Origin: an uncultured Gardnerella sp.
GTDB lineage: Bacteria > Actinomycetota > Actinomycetes > Actinomycetales > Bifidobacteriaceae
Reading direction: 5' to 3'
Length of the DNA: 64,000 bases
NCBI GenBank assembly: GCA_947088155.1
Contig: CAMUFL010000002.1
Location: 148,275 to 212,274 of the forward strand
Position numbers and translations under genes: made by a program
In this document: positions 31,112 to 40,675 of the stretch, piece by piece
How the letters are laid out: the number at the start of each line of letters is the position of its first letter
Position numbering within the stretch: the stretch's first letter is position 1
Notes under the pieces: model-generated
Databases searched by the model: none
Seen by the model: the letters and a program-made list of their open reading frames with translations, nothing else
Told to the model about the DNA's origin: nothing

Positions 31112-32572
31112 ATGGTAAATTTGCAAAAACAGTTACTTGGAAGCGCAAATATGCCAATGCGCAGTAATAGCCCTGCAATAGTCGGCAAAAATATTAAAAA
31201 TCGCGATATTTACCTTAATCAGCTTATAGCCTTCAAAGATACAGAGCCTGTAAAAGTTGTGACGGGCATTCGCAGATGCGGCAAGTCAACTCTGCTTAAG
31301 CTCATGCAAGCATACCTTCTTAACTCTGGGGTTGAGCAAAATCAAATTATATCTATAAACTTTGAGTCGCTCGAGTTTCAAGATATGAGTTACAAAGACT
31401 TGTATAATTACGTTAAAAATAGGATTGAATCTAGCAGTATTGAATCCTCTGATAGTGAGTCTTCTAGTATTAAGACTCCTAAAAAAACGTATCTTTTCTT
31501 TGACGAGCTGCAGCGTATCGATCGTTGGGAAGATGCAATTAACTCGTTTCGCGTAGATTTTGATTGTGATATTTACATAACTGGCTCTAATGCATATCTG
31601 CTTTCTTCTGAGTATTCAACGTATTTGTCTGGGCGGTATGTGGAAGTGAAAATGTATCCGCTTTCGTTCAAAGAGTTCGCTGATTTTCAGGATTATTCCG
31701 TTGAAGAATATAAGTCTCCGCTCGGCGATCTGAAAAAAAGAGCAGTGAATGCTAATGGCGGCAGTGTAGAGCTTGATGACTTGTTTGCAGCTTATATGCG
31801 TTACGGCGGTATGCCTGCAATTTGCGATATTGCTTTAGAATCAGGTTTTAATCAGAGTAGCGCAATGACTTTGCTGGATGGGATTTATTCCACTGTAGTA
31901 GTTCGCGATATACTCGAGCGTGAGAAGCGCCGAGGTCAAAGACAGATTACAGACGCCGACCTTCTTAGAAAAATCATTATGTTTTTGGCAGATAATATTG
32001 GAAATAATACGTCTTTAAATTCTGTGTGTAATACGCTTTCTTCCGAAAATCTTCTTAATGCTGTGGATGGCAATTCGCGTGGATTGCGCGCGCGTGGCGC
32101 TAAACCTGCAACTCAAACCGTGTCCGCTTATGTTAGTGCGTTAAAAGAATCTTACATGTTTTATGATGTTAAGCGCTTTGATATTAAAGGAAAGGATTAT
32201 TTGCGCACTCTTGGCAAATATTACATTGTTGACATTGGGTTGCGTAATTATTTGCTCGGATTTAGAGACAGAGATAGAGGGCATGCGCTAGAGAACGTTG
32301 TTTTCTTTGAGCTTTTAAGGCGCGGATATGATGTTGCAGTTGGCAAAATAGATAATTTGGAAGTGGATTTTGTTGCTACTTCTGCTTGCGAAAAGCTTTA
32401 TATTCAAGTAACTGAAAGTATGATGGATGAGTCTGTGCGCGAGCGCGAGTTAAAGCCGCTTCGTAAGATTCAGAATAATTACGAGAAACTGGTTATTACT
32501 TTGAGTAAGGCTTTAGATGATGACTACGACGGCATTCGCGTTGAAAACATTGTTGATTGGTTGCTTAAGTAG
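31112..32572 (+). CDS. AAA+ superfamily ATPase (AAA_14 plus DUF4143 architecture)
   Basis: Walker A GIRRCGKSTLLK and Walker B LFFDELQ. A C-terminal DUF4143-like domain is followed by a restriction-endonuclease-like tail (VGKIDNLEVDFVA). Confidence 0.85.
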   Translation: MVNLQKQLLGSANMPMRSNSPAIVGKNIKNRDIYLNQLIAFKDTEPVKVVTGIRRCGKSTLLKLMQAYLLNSGVEQNQIISINFESLEFQDMSYKDLYNYVKNRIESSSIESSDSESSSIKTPKKTYLFFDELQRIDRWEDAINSFRVDFDCDIYITGSNAYLLSSEYSTYLSGRYVEVKMYPLSFKEFADFQDYSVEEYKSPLGDLKKRAVNANGGSVELDDLFAAYMRYGGMPAICDIALESGFNQSSAMTLLDGIYSTVVVRDILEREKRRGQRQITDADLLRKIIMFLADNIGNNTSLNSVCNTLSSENLLNAVDGNSRGLRARGAKPATQTVSAYVSALKESYMFYDVKRFDIKGKDYLRTLGKYYIVDIGLRNYLLGFRDRDRGHALENVVFFELLRRGYDVAVGKIDNLEVDFVATSACEKLYIQVTESMMDESVRERELKPLRKIQNNYEKLVITLSKALDDDYDGIRVENIVDWLLK

Positions 32573-32616
32573 CGTTGCTGATTGGTTTCTTTTTAATTAG
32601 GTGTTATGTAAGTAGG

Positions 32617-32662
32617 TATTAAAGTGCGTAAATCGTGCTACGCCGAAACGAGTGGCGTGATG
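32617..32662. repeat. 46-bp direct repeat of 27507..27552; it corresponds to the last 8 codons plus the 3' flank of higA
   Basis: attaaagYgYgtaaatcgtgctacgccgaaacgagtggcgtgatgtt is present at both loci. On the minus strand it reads NITPLVSA*, the HigA C-terminus. Confidence 0.8.
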
Positions 32663-32906
32663 TTTTTCTATAGTGCGTTTTTGCAAAAATGTCGGTATAG
32701 ATGAGTATTTTTTGTGCGCTATACCTTCATTTTGCGAAAATGTAGGTATAGGCGAATATATTTTGCGTGCTATTCTGCTATTTTTTAAAAATGTCGGTAT
32801 AGAATGCGACTTTCTGTAAACTATGTCGACATTTTGCCGTTTTTGTTGCTTTGTTGCGGATTTTGACGAGTAACAGCGAGTTTTGACTTAGGGAGTGAAG
32901 CAAGCG

Positions 32907-33956
32907 ATGTTCGGGAATGTTGTTGCGATTGAGCGCGCGCTTGGCACGGGGATTATTATCTCTAGCAGCGTGCCGATTCCTGAGCGCACTGAGCAGCGGA
33001 TTCGCGCTTTTGTTGAAGAGTATGAATCGGTGCTTTCGCGCTTTCGTGCAGATTCGCTTGTTTCGCGCATGGCTCGTGCGGAGCATGGCGGCGATTTTGA
33101 GTTTCCATCGTGGGCTGGGGCGCTTTTTGCAATTTATGACGAGTTTTATGCTGCAACGCACGGAGCTTTCGATGCGTGCATTGGCGCGGATCTGCTTGCG
33201 CTTGGCTACGATAATTCCGTGAAATTTGTTCCAGAATTTACTGTTAGCGAGAGCGAGAATAGTGGCAGTGTCAGCGGCAGCTGGAGCAAATATCGCCGCG
33301 ATCTGCCAGTTACGTGGGCAGATATTTCGAGAGATGACGGCAGTGCAACGCTTCACACGAATCAGCCAGTGCAGCTTGATTTTGGTGCAGCTGGAAAGGG
33401 CTATTTTGTAGATCTTGTAGCGAAGATTATTAAAGAGGAGCTTGGTGGCGATTTTCCTGCGAATAGTGATTTGCCTGCGGATTTTGATTTTTTGGTAAAT
33501 GCCGGCGGCGATATGCGTGCTTGTTTTAGCGAAGAAAATAGCAGAATAAAAGTGGCTCTGGAAAATCCTTTTGATACGACGCAAGCGGTAGGTGTGGCAT
33601 CAATCTTAAGCGGAGCGCTGTGCGCTTCGTCTAGCGCAAGAAGGCGTTGGAAAGTAAAAGACGCAAATTGCCTTGCAGATAATGCTTTTGAATCTAATTT
33701 AATTGCAACTCACTTAATTAACGCTTTAGATGGCGTTCCTTCGCAAAAACTTTCTGCAAGCTGGGCTTATGTTCCTGCGAAAACTTGCGCTTTTCCAACT
33801 GCTTACGCCGACGCACTCGCAACTGCGTTGTTTGTATCGCAAGAAAGCGATTTGCAAAAAATCGTGCAAACTAAAAGCGCTGAGTTTGCTGTAATCTCGC
33901 CAAATCATGCGCTTCGTAAAACGGCCGCCTTCCCCGCTCACTTTTTTGCCGAATAA
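32907..33956 (+). CDS. apbE: FAD:protein FMN transferase (ApbE family) with no detectable signal peptide
   Basis: ApbE-like blocks FEFPSWAGALFAIYDEF...AFD and LDFGAAGKGYFVDLVAKII. RBS gggag lies 10 nt before the ATG at 32907. An in-frame TAG immediately upstream excludes an N-terminal extension. Confidence 0.75.
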   Translation: MFGNVVAIERALGTGIIISSSVPIPERTEQRIRAFVEEYESVLSRFRADSLVSRMARAEHGGDFEFPSWAGALFAIYDEFYAATHGAFDACIGADLLALGYDNSVKFVPEFTVSESENSGSVSGSWSKYRRDLPVTWADISRDDGSATLHTNQPVQLDFGAAGKGYFVDLVAKIIKEELGGDFPANSDLPADFDFLVNAGGDMRACFSEENSRIKVALENPFDTTQAVGVASILSGALCASSSARRRWKVKDANCLADNAFESNLIATHLINALDGVPSQKLSASWAYVPAKTCAFPTAYADALATALFVSQESDLQKIVQTKSAEFAVISPNHALRKTAAFPAHFFAE

Positions 33957-34159
33957 TCACAGAAAAAAGATTGATAATTATCGTTATCAATATCATTTTT
34001 GCAATATTTGCGTGTTTTTTGCGCTTAACTATATCAATCTACTTGATATGTCGATATTATGTACCTGTGGGGCCCTTGATGGCAAGTTTTAGTTGGGAGT
34101 GCTCGATTGGGGTAGAGCACATTGAGAAGTAGAAGTGTAAGAATACGCGAGGAGATGTT

Positions 34160-35881
34160 ATGCGCGCGTGTGTAAAAGTGCGCCGAATTGTTCGTGATTC
34201 GGCTGCACTGATGCTGGCTGTGTGCATGTTAGTGAGTTTCGTTATAAGCTCGTTTGCTATAACTATGCCAGCTTTCGCAACAGATGCAGATCGCTCTTAT
34301 GCTAGTTGGTCTGCTGTTTCCAAAGCAATCGACGACGAATTTCAGCAGGGACAAACTGAATACAATAACGGTAATAATTCCGGTGCTGCAACCAGATTCC
34401 AAGCAGCTTACAATTCCGTTTACGTTGCTTCGAACATGATTACTGTTGTGCGAGATACTTTTGGTCAGAACAAAGTTCAGTCGCAACAAGACCAATTCCA
34501 GCAGCTGCAAACTCTTGTGTATCAACAAAATCAAGGATCGCAAATAAGCGCAGTTTCGAAGGCTCTTTCAGAAGACGTTGCGCAAACTGCAGCTCAGCTC
34601 GACTCAAACTCAAAAATAGATAAGCCGAATATTTACGCGCAAAAACTTCGTGCGCAAATCAAAGCAGAACGCAAAAAGCTCGATGCTGCAAAAAAGAAAA
34701 ATCTTGGGCGCAATGGTCGCACATGGAGCCAAGTTGCGCGAGAAATGAACGTTATTCTCGACAAATCCGTTGCAACCTACAAATCTGCAAAAGGAAACAA
34801 GTCGCAAGTTGCAACGGCAGTTGATTTAATCAACGAAGCCTACTACCAGTATTACGAAAAGCTCGGCTTTGAAAAGAACGTAATGAACGCAATAAGTGGA
34901 AGCCGTGTTTCAACTGTAGAATATCAATTCAAAGAGTGCCGTCAAGCAATGAACAACGGCAATACGGTTGAACAAGCTAAAAAGTTCGTAACGGATCTTA
35001 AAGCAATGCTTATTGAAGATTCTGCGAAACTTGACAGCGGCACATCTTCAAACGCGAATCCTTTTATGCAGTTTATAACCAGTTCCTTCGGCCAAGCTTT
35101 TGTAATTTTGCTTCGTGAAGGCTTGGAAGCGTTGCTGGTTGTTGCAGCAATTATTGCGTACCTGATTAAATCCGGCCACAAAAACATGGTTAAGTACATT
35201 TACTTAGGACTTGTGGCAGGCATTGTGGCTTCATTGATTGTTGCTGCGCTGTTTGGATTACTTTTCAACGGTTCTGGACCGCAGCAAGAGATTACAGAAG
35301 GCGTGGTTGCGCTGTTTGCAATGCTTATGCTTCTTTACACAAGTAACTGGATGATTTCGCGTTCTTCCGTACAAGCGTGGAACAAGTATATTAGCGAGCA
35401 GACTACGGCTGCTGTGTCTAAAGGCAGTTTGATTTCGCTCGCGCTTCTTAGTTTCCTTGCGGTGTTCCGTGAGGGTGCGGAAACTGTAATCTTCTACCAA
35501 GCTATTTTTGCTGTTTCGAACGGAGCTGACTCCATGATTTGGGGCGGTTTTGTTGCTGCTGCTGCAGTTTTGGTAGTAATTTTCCTGCTTATTCGCTTTG
35601 CTTCCGTTCGCATACCAATTCGCCCATTCTTTACCGGCACAAGTGCTCTTATGTCTGTGCTTGTGGTGATTTTTGCTGGCGGTGGCGTGCACGCGCTAAT
35701 AGAAGGCGATGCGCTCGCAGGTATGTATATTCAAGGCTTGCCAACTAACGATTGGCTTGGGTTCTATCCGTATGTGGAAACGATTGTGGCTCAAATTTTG
35801 GCTGCAATCGTTGTGATTTCGCTACTTTGCGTGTCTATTGCGCGAAGCCGCGGAAAGCGCGCGGGTACACTGCAAAAATAA
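34160..35881 (+). CDS. FTR1-family high-affinity iron permease with a roughly 290-aa N-terminal extracytoplasmic domain
   Basis: The seven-TM C-terminal half carries both REGxE motifs (LREGLEALLV and FREGAETVIF). The N-terminal signal-anchor is followed by a helical ectodomain. Confidence 0.85.
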   Translation: MRACVKVRRIVRDSAALMLAVCMLVSFVISSFAITMPAFATDADRSYASWSAVSKAIDDEFQQGQTEYNNGNNSGAATRFQAAYNSVYVASNMITVVRDTFGQNKVQSQQDQFQQLQTLVYQQNQGSQISAVSKALSEDVAQTAAQLDSNSKIDKPNIYAQKLRAQIKAERKKLDAAKKKNLGRNGRTWSQVAREMNVILDKSVATYKSAKGNKSQVATAVDLINEAYYQYYEKLGFEKNVMNAISGSRVSTVEYQFKECRQAMNNGNTVEQAKKFVTDLKAMLIEDSAKLDSGTSSNANPFMQFITSSFGQAFVILLREGLEALLVVAAIIAYLIKSGHKNMVKYIYLGLVAGIVASLIVAALFGLLFNGSGPQQEITEGVVALFAMLMLLYTSNWMISRSSVQAWNKYISEQTTAAVSKGSLISLALLSFLAVFREGAETVIFYQAIFAVSNGADSMIWGGFVAAAAVLVVIFLLIRFASVRIPIRPFFTGTSALMSVLVVIFAGGGVHALIEGDALAGMYIQGLPTNDWLGFYPYVETIVAQILAAIVVISLLCVSIARSRGKRAGTLQK

Positions 35882-36003
35882 AAATCAAAACTAAAAATTA
35901 AAAATAAAAATCAGACTAATAATCAATCAAAATTAAAAATAGAAATAAAAATAAATAAGAAGAAAAGAATAACAAAATAATTAACCAATAGAAAAGGTTA
36001 GAT

Positions 36004-36636
36004 ATGAAGAATAATAAGATGATGGCACTTGCTGCTTTGGCTCTCGCAGGTATGCTTGCGCTTACCGGCTGCGGCGCTAACGGAAATTCAGCAAAATCTG
36101 CTTCTAAATCACAGTCAACCGAGCAGAAGGCTGACGACAAGGCTGATGACAAGGGCTTTGAAGAGGTGCCAGTTGGCCCTCACCAGGATCAAAACATTGG
36201 ACCTCTTACTATCGGTGCTGTGTACTTCCAGCCAGTGGACATGGTTCCAGCTGGCATGGGCTTGAAGGCTTCAGAGGCAAGCTTCCACCTTGAAGCAGAT
36301 ATTCACGCAAACAAGGCAGGCACTAAGCTTGGCTACGGCAAGGGTGAGTTCATTCCAGATTTGACAGTGAACTACGAGATTGTTGACAAGGCAAGTGGCG
36401 AATCCGTTGTAAAGGGCACTTTCATGCAGATGAACGCTTCCGACGGTCCTCACTACGGTGCAAACGTTAAACTCGACAAGGCTGGAAACTACAAGCTCGT
36501 GCTTTCAGTCGAATCCCCAGAAAAGAAGGGTTGGATGCTTCACGTCGATCCTGCTACCGGCGTAACCGGCCGCTTCTGGACTGAGCCAATCAAGGCTATA
36601 TTCGACGACTGGAAGTACACTCCTCGCCAGTGGTAG
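36004..36636 (+). CDS. P19/Tp34-family periplasmic metal-binding lipoprotein (FTR1-associated)
   Basis: Lipobox LTGCGA. His/Met-rich conserved blocks (FHLEADIHA, MQMNASDGPHYGANV) resemble Campylobacter P19 and Treponema Tp34. The gene is adjacent to the FTR1 permease, as in cFtr1-P19 operons. Confidence 0.6.
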   Translation: MKNNKMMALAALALAGMLALTGCGANGNSAKSASKSQSTEQKADDKADDKGFEEVPVGPHQDQNIGPLTIGAVYFQPVDMVPAGMGLKASEASFHLEADIHANKAGTKLGYGKGEFIPDLTVNYEIVDKASGESVVKGTFMQMNASDGPHYGANVKLDKAGNYKLVLSVESPEKKGWMLHVDPATGVTGRFWTEPIKAIFDDWKYTPRQW

Positions 36637-36757
36637 TAATAGATCGTAATAATTAGTAATAGTTAGAAATAGCTAGTAATTTTAGTAGCTAGTAATTATT
36701 ACTAATTATTAATAATTATTGAATAATAGATTGTAACTAATAGCAAAGGAGGGAGTT

Positions 36758-38029
36758 ATGCTCAGACTGTTCGTAACAGTGCTTCCTGGGCTACTCCCTC
36801 TTACGCTACTTACAATGGGCTTAAGCGCATCGCTTACGGTTGGCGAGGGGCGCGATAAGCCGCTGAGTGCGCGCTGGAGACTGTACGGATTGTCGTTCGG
36901 CACAGTTGCTGCACTTATTTTTGCAATTCTTCGCGCAAGCGTAGTAATTAACCAACGCAACTTTGTTAATATGCCGGCGCTGTGCATTACAGTTCCTTTT
37001 GATATTGCAGCGATTGCGGTTGTAATTCGTTCTCGTAAAACTGTTGAAAACTGGCGCGAGCACCCACTTTTAATGCACATAAGCAACGCAATTGGCGCGT
37101 GCGTGCTGGCACTTACCGTATTTTATGCGCTTCCGGACGTTATTTTACAGCTTACGATTTTTGTAGATTCAAGCACACCTCCTTTTACATCCGACATGCT
37201 ACTTCGCGCGCTCGGATTTGTAATTGGTATTATTGCGGCAATTTGCTTAAGTCTTATGGTGCGATCTTTGCGAGCCACATCTAACGCAATTTCCTTCAAA
37301 ATTGCGATTGTGCTCAGCATGATTATTCTGCTTGTGCAGCACGTAACTTCACTTTTGCAGATTATGCAAGGAAGCATTTTGCTTTATATTGACGACTTTT
37401 CTTTCAGCGTGCTTGTTTGGCTGATTAACAATAATCCGCTGATGATTATGGCGCAAATTAGCGTATTTTTGATTCCTGCAGTTGCTTCTCTCGTAATCGG
37501 TTTTAAGACGGCAGTAGTTGGCGAAAATGCTGCAGAAATTCGCGCTAAGCGAGCATTTAAGCGGAAATCTCGAAAGTCTGCGCTCGCAGCACTTTTGGCT
37601 GCTGTTACAGTAATACTTACGCTTACTGTAGGCGTATCTGTTATGAATATTAAGCCAACTCTTACGCCGCCTGAACCGTACGAATTGCACGATGGCTTGG
37701 CAACTATCAACTTTGTGCAAATTTCAGACGGCCATCTTCATCGTTTCCAATACAAAGCAAAAGATGGCACTGTTATGCGCTTTATAATCATTAAAAAGAA
37801 TGGTGGAGCGTACGGCGTTGGCTTGGATGCTTGCGAAAACTGTGGAGACGCAGGCTACTACGAAAAAGACGGTAAGATTATTTGCCGCAAATGCGACGTA
37901 GCAATTAACTTAGCAACTATTGGTTTTAAGGGTGGTTGCAATCCGATTCCGTTCCCGTACAAGGCTGGGCATGGCAAAATCACAATTCATACTGCTGATT
38001 TAGACGTGCTTAGTTCGCACTTTAAGTAA
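36758..38029 (+). CDS. Polytopic membrane protein with a C-terminal extracytoplasmic Cys4 module (CENCGDAGYYEKDGKIICRKCD)
   Basis: About 8 TM helices, then a soluble roughly 110-aa domain containing CxxC-X15-CxxC. Its position in the cluster matches the accessory membrane components of P19 systems. Confidence 0.5.
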   Translation: MLRLFVTVLPGLLPLTLLTMGLSASLTVGEGRDKPLSARWRLYGLSFGTVAALIFAILRASVVINQRNFVNMPALCITVPFDIAAIAVVIRSRKTVENWREHPLLMHISNAIGACVLALTVFYALPDVILQLTIFVDSSTPPFTSDMLLRALGFVIGIIAAICLSLMVRSLRATSNAISFKIAIVLSMIILLVQHVTSLLQIMQGSILLYIDDFSFSVLVWLINNNPLMIMAQISVFLIPAVASLVIGFKTAVVGENAAEIRAKRAFKRKSRKSALAALLAAVTVILTLTVGVSVMNIKPTLTPPEPYELHDGLATINFVQISDGHLHRFQYKAKDGTVMRFIIIKKNGGAYGVGLDACENCGDAGYYEKDGKIICRKCDVAINLATIGFKGGCNPIPFPYKAGHGKITIHTADLDVLSSHFK

Positions 38030-38041
38030 GGAGCAACGCAA

Positions 38042-39376
38042 ATGTTTATGATGCGCATGGTTGCTCGATCTCTTGTGCGGCAAATAAAAAAGCGTCTGCT
38101 GATTGCGCTAGTTGTGTGCTTAAGCGCGTGCGTAAGTGTTGCTATGCTTAGCGTTGTGTACGACGTTGGAGACAAGATTAACGCCGAGCTTAGTTCGTAC
38201 GGTTCGAATATTGTTGTTCAGCCAAAATCTAGCGCTGTTGTGAATGATTTGTATGCGTCTCGCGAGCAAACGAATTCATCAGCTTTGCATAGTTTAGCAA
38301 TTGCTGAAAGCCAAGAGTCTACTGCTTTTTTGAAAGAATCGGATGCTGCGAAAATTAAAATGATTTTTTGGGCGTTCAATATTACGAATTTTGCGCCGAA
38401 AATAACGGTTCACGCAAATCTTGAAGCGAATTCTTCTACTAAAACTGTTGTGCCTATTGTTGGAACTTGGTTTAATCGCAAGCTTGCGCTGGCTTCAGGG
38501 GAGACAACTGTTGTTGGCGTTCGAGGCTTGCGTTCGTGGTGGAAAATTAATGCAGGCCGTTGGGCAAAAGATAATCAATCCGAAGCAATGGTTGGTTCGC
38601 AATTAGCTGAGCGCTTGCACTTAAAACTTGGCCAGCGTTTGCGTTTGCTTCGTGACGGTCGAGATGTTTCGTTGCGCTTGGTTGGCGTATACGATTCTGG
38701 CGACGACGATAATAACGCAATTTACGCAAGCTCTAGTGATGCTCAAAGCCTTGCAAATAAGCCGGATATGGCTGATTTGATTGAAGTAAAGGCTCTTACA
38801 ACTCCGGAGAATGATTTAGCGCGTAAGGCTGCTAAAAATCCAGCGGCACTAAGCCAGGAAGAGTGGGAAACTTGGTATTGTACGGCTTACCCGAGTTCGA
38901 TTACTTACCAAATTGAGGAGGTAATTCCGGGAGCTGTTGCAAAGCAGGTTCGTCAAGTTGCAGCTCTTCAGGGTAACGTATTGAATAAGACGCGCGCTGT
39001 TATGGTTTTGATGACTGCATTGAGCTTGATTGCTGCTGCTGTTGCTGTGGCGAATCTTATGGCTGCTTCTATTTCGGAACGTTCCGGTGAGCTTGCGTTG
39101 CTTAAAGCTTTGGGTGCGCGAGATGGTGCTGTTGCGCGGTTAATGCTTATGGAAACTGCGGTTATTGCGTTTGCGGGAGCGCTGTTTGGCATGGTTTTGG
39201 GCTTTGCAATGGCGCAGATTATTGGTTTTACAGTGTTTGGATCCGCGATTTTGTTCCGTCCAATGGTGTTTGTGCTTGTGTTTGTGCTGCTTGCGCTGAC
39301 TGTGCTTGCGGCTGCAGGCTCGTCGATTCGTTCGATTTTGAGTGTGCGTCCTGCGGAGGTGCTTCATGGCAGGTAG
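38042..39376 (+). CDS. ABC transporter permease, FtsX-like (MacB-type periplasmic domain)
   Basis: N-terminal TM, large extracytoplasmic domain and a C-terminal FtsX 3-TM module (LKALGARDGAVARLMLMETAVIAF). Confidence 0.8.
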   Translation: MFMMRMVARSLVRQIKKRLLIALVVCLSACVSVAMLSVVYDVGDKINAELSSYGSNIVVQPKSSAVVNDLYASREQTNSSALHSLAIAESQESTAFLKESDAAKIKMIFWAFNITNFAPKITVHANLEANSSTKTVVPIVGTWFNRKLALASGETTVVGVRGLRSWWKINAGRWAKDNQSEAMVGSQLAERLHLKLGQRLRLLRDGRDVSLRLVGVYDSGDDDNNAIYASSSDAQSLANKPDMADLIEVKALTTPENDLARKAAKNPAALSQEEWETWYCTAYPSSITYQIEEVIPGAVAKQVRQVAALQGNVLNKTRAVMVLMTALSLIAAAVAVANLMAASISERSGELALLKALGARDGAVARLMLMETAVIAFAGALFGMVLGFAMAQIIGFTVFGSAILFRPMVFVLVFVLLALTVLAAAGSSIRSILSVRPAEVLHGR

Positions 39377-40625
39377 ATCTTATATGACATCGAATAATGC
39401 GATGTTTATAACAATGCTATTTAGCGCGGTATTTCGACGTAAATCGCGCGCTGTAATGGCTGTTATTGCAACGCTTGTTGGTGCTGCTACGCTGTTTTGC
39501 TTAGCTGCAATCTGCCTTGTTGTGCCTCAACAGATGAGCGACGAAATGCGCGCGTACGGAGCGAATATTATCGTAACTCCTTTAGAGGGCGAGTGGAAAA
39601 ACGGTATTGATCGCGCAATGGTTTTGCATACTAACGACATGGTTCTTGCAAAAGGTGCTATGCGATCTGCTACGTATCGTTACGAAAATGTGCGTATTAA
39701 CGCGGCTCCGTATGTTTTAGCAGGAATAGACGTTCGTTCAGTAAAGTCGCTTAATAAGCATTGGAATGTGGATGGCGACTGGCCTAGCGGCGGAAATGTT
39801 ATGGTTGGGCGAGATGTTGCTTCTGCGATGGGCTTAAAAATAGGCTCTCGTATTGCGATTGCGTATAGATCTTCGGATAATACTGACGGCTCGCATAAGC
39901 CGGCAGAAAAGTCTGAAAGTAAGTCTGCTCAAAAATCTTCTCAACAAAAGCTTGTTGAAGGCCGCGTTTCAACGGATATTATGGATACTCACGGCACAAC
40001 TTTCCGCGTTTGCGGCATTTTGGACACTGGTGGTGCGGAAGATTCTATGCTTTATGCTCTTAATGCGGATGTGAATACTCTTACTGGTGTTAAGCGCGGA
40101 GCAGACGTGATCGCTTACTCATCTTCTGCGCCTAGCGTTGATGCGGTTGTTAGAAGCATTAACGATATGACTTCTATGCGTGTGCGCGCTCAGCAGGTTA
40201 CTAAAGTTACTGCTGCAGATACCGGTATTGTTACAATGCTTCGCAGCCTGTTTTGGATTGTGTCGCTTGTTGTTTTGGTGCTGATGATGGTTGGTGTTAG
40301 CACTACGATTTCTTCGATTGTGCAGCAGCGTCGAAACGAAATTGGCTTGCGTAAAGCTTTGGGTGCAAGTGCCAAGAGTATTGGCATGGAATTTACTGCG
40401 GAAGCTGGATTGTACGGTTTCGTTGGCGGCATTGCTGGTACTGCAGTAGGGTATGTGTTTGCTCGTTTGCTTGCAGCAATGGTGTTTGCTAGAGATTTGG
40501 GCGTGAATTGGTGGCTTGTTGCGTTCTCGGTGGCGTTTAGCATTATTGCATCTTGCGTTGCTGCGTTGCCGCCTGTTTTGCGCGCTTCAAAGATCGATCC
40601 TGCGATTGTGCTTCGAGAAGAATAA
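39366..40625 (+). CDS. ABC transporter permease, FtsX-like (second subunit); start ambiguous among 39342, 39366 and 39384
   Basis: Same architecture, with an FtsX module (LRKALGASAKSIGMEFTAEAGLYGFVGG). It overlaps the stop of the upstream permease. Confidence 0.8.
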   Translation: MAGRSYMTSNNAMFITMLFSAVFRRKSRAVMAVIATLVGAATLFCLAAICLVVPQQMSDEMRAYGANIIVTPLEGEWKNGIDRAMVLHTNDMVLAKGAMRSATYRYENVRINAAPYVLAGIDVRSVKSLNKHWNVDGDWPSGGNVMVGRDVASAMGLKIGSRIAIAYRSSDNTDGSHKPAEKSESKSAQKSSQQKLVEGRVSTDIMDTHGTTFRVCGILDTGGAEDSMLYALNADVNTLTGVKRGADVIAYSSSAPSVDAVVRSINDMTSMRVRAQQVTKVTAADTGIVTMLRSLFWIVSLVVLVLMMVGVSTTISSIVQQRRNEIGLRKALGASAKSIGMEFTAEAGLYGFVGGIAGTAVGYVFARLLAAMVFARDLGVNWWLVAFSVAFSIIASCVAALPPVLRASKIDPAIVLREE

Positions 40626-40675
40626 TTTTAAGCGTAAATTTAGAGATTGTTTAAGATTTGAGTTAAGGATTTAAT

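Noticed and set aside
32778..33584. 268-aa minus-strand ORF rich in R/K/I overlapping apbE
   Set aside because: It is antisense to a well-supported ApbE gene, has low-complexity basic composition and no motif. Treated as a spurious shadow ORF.
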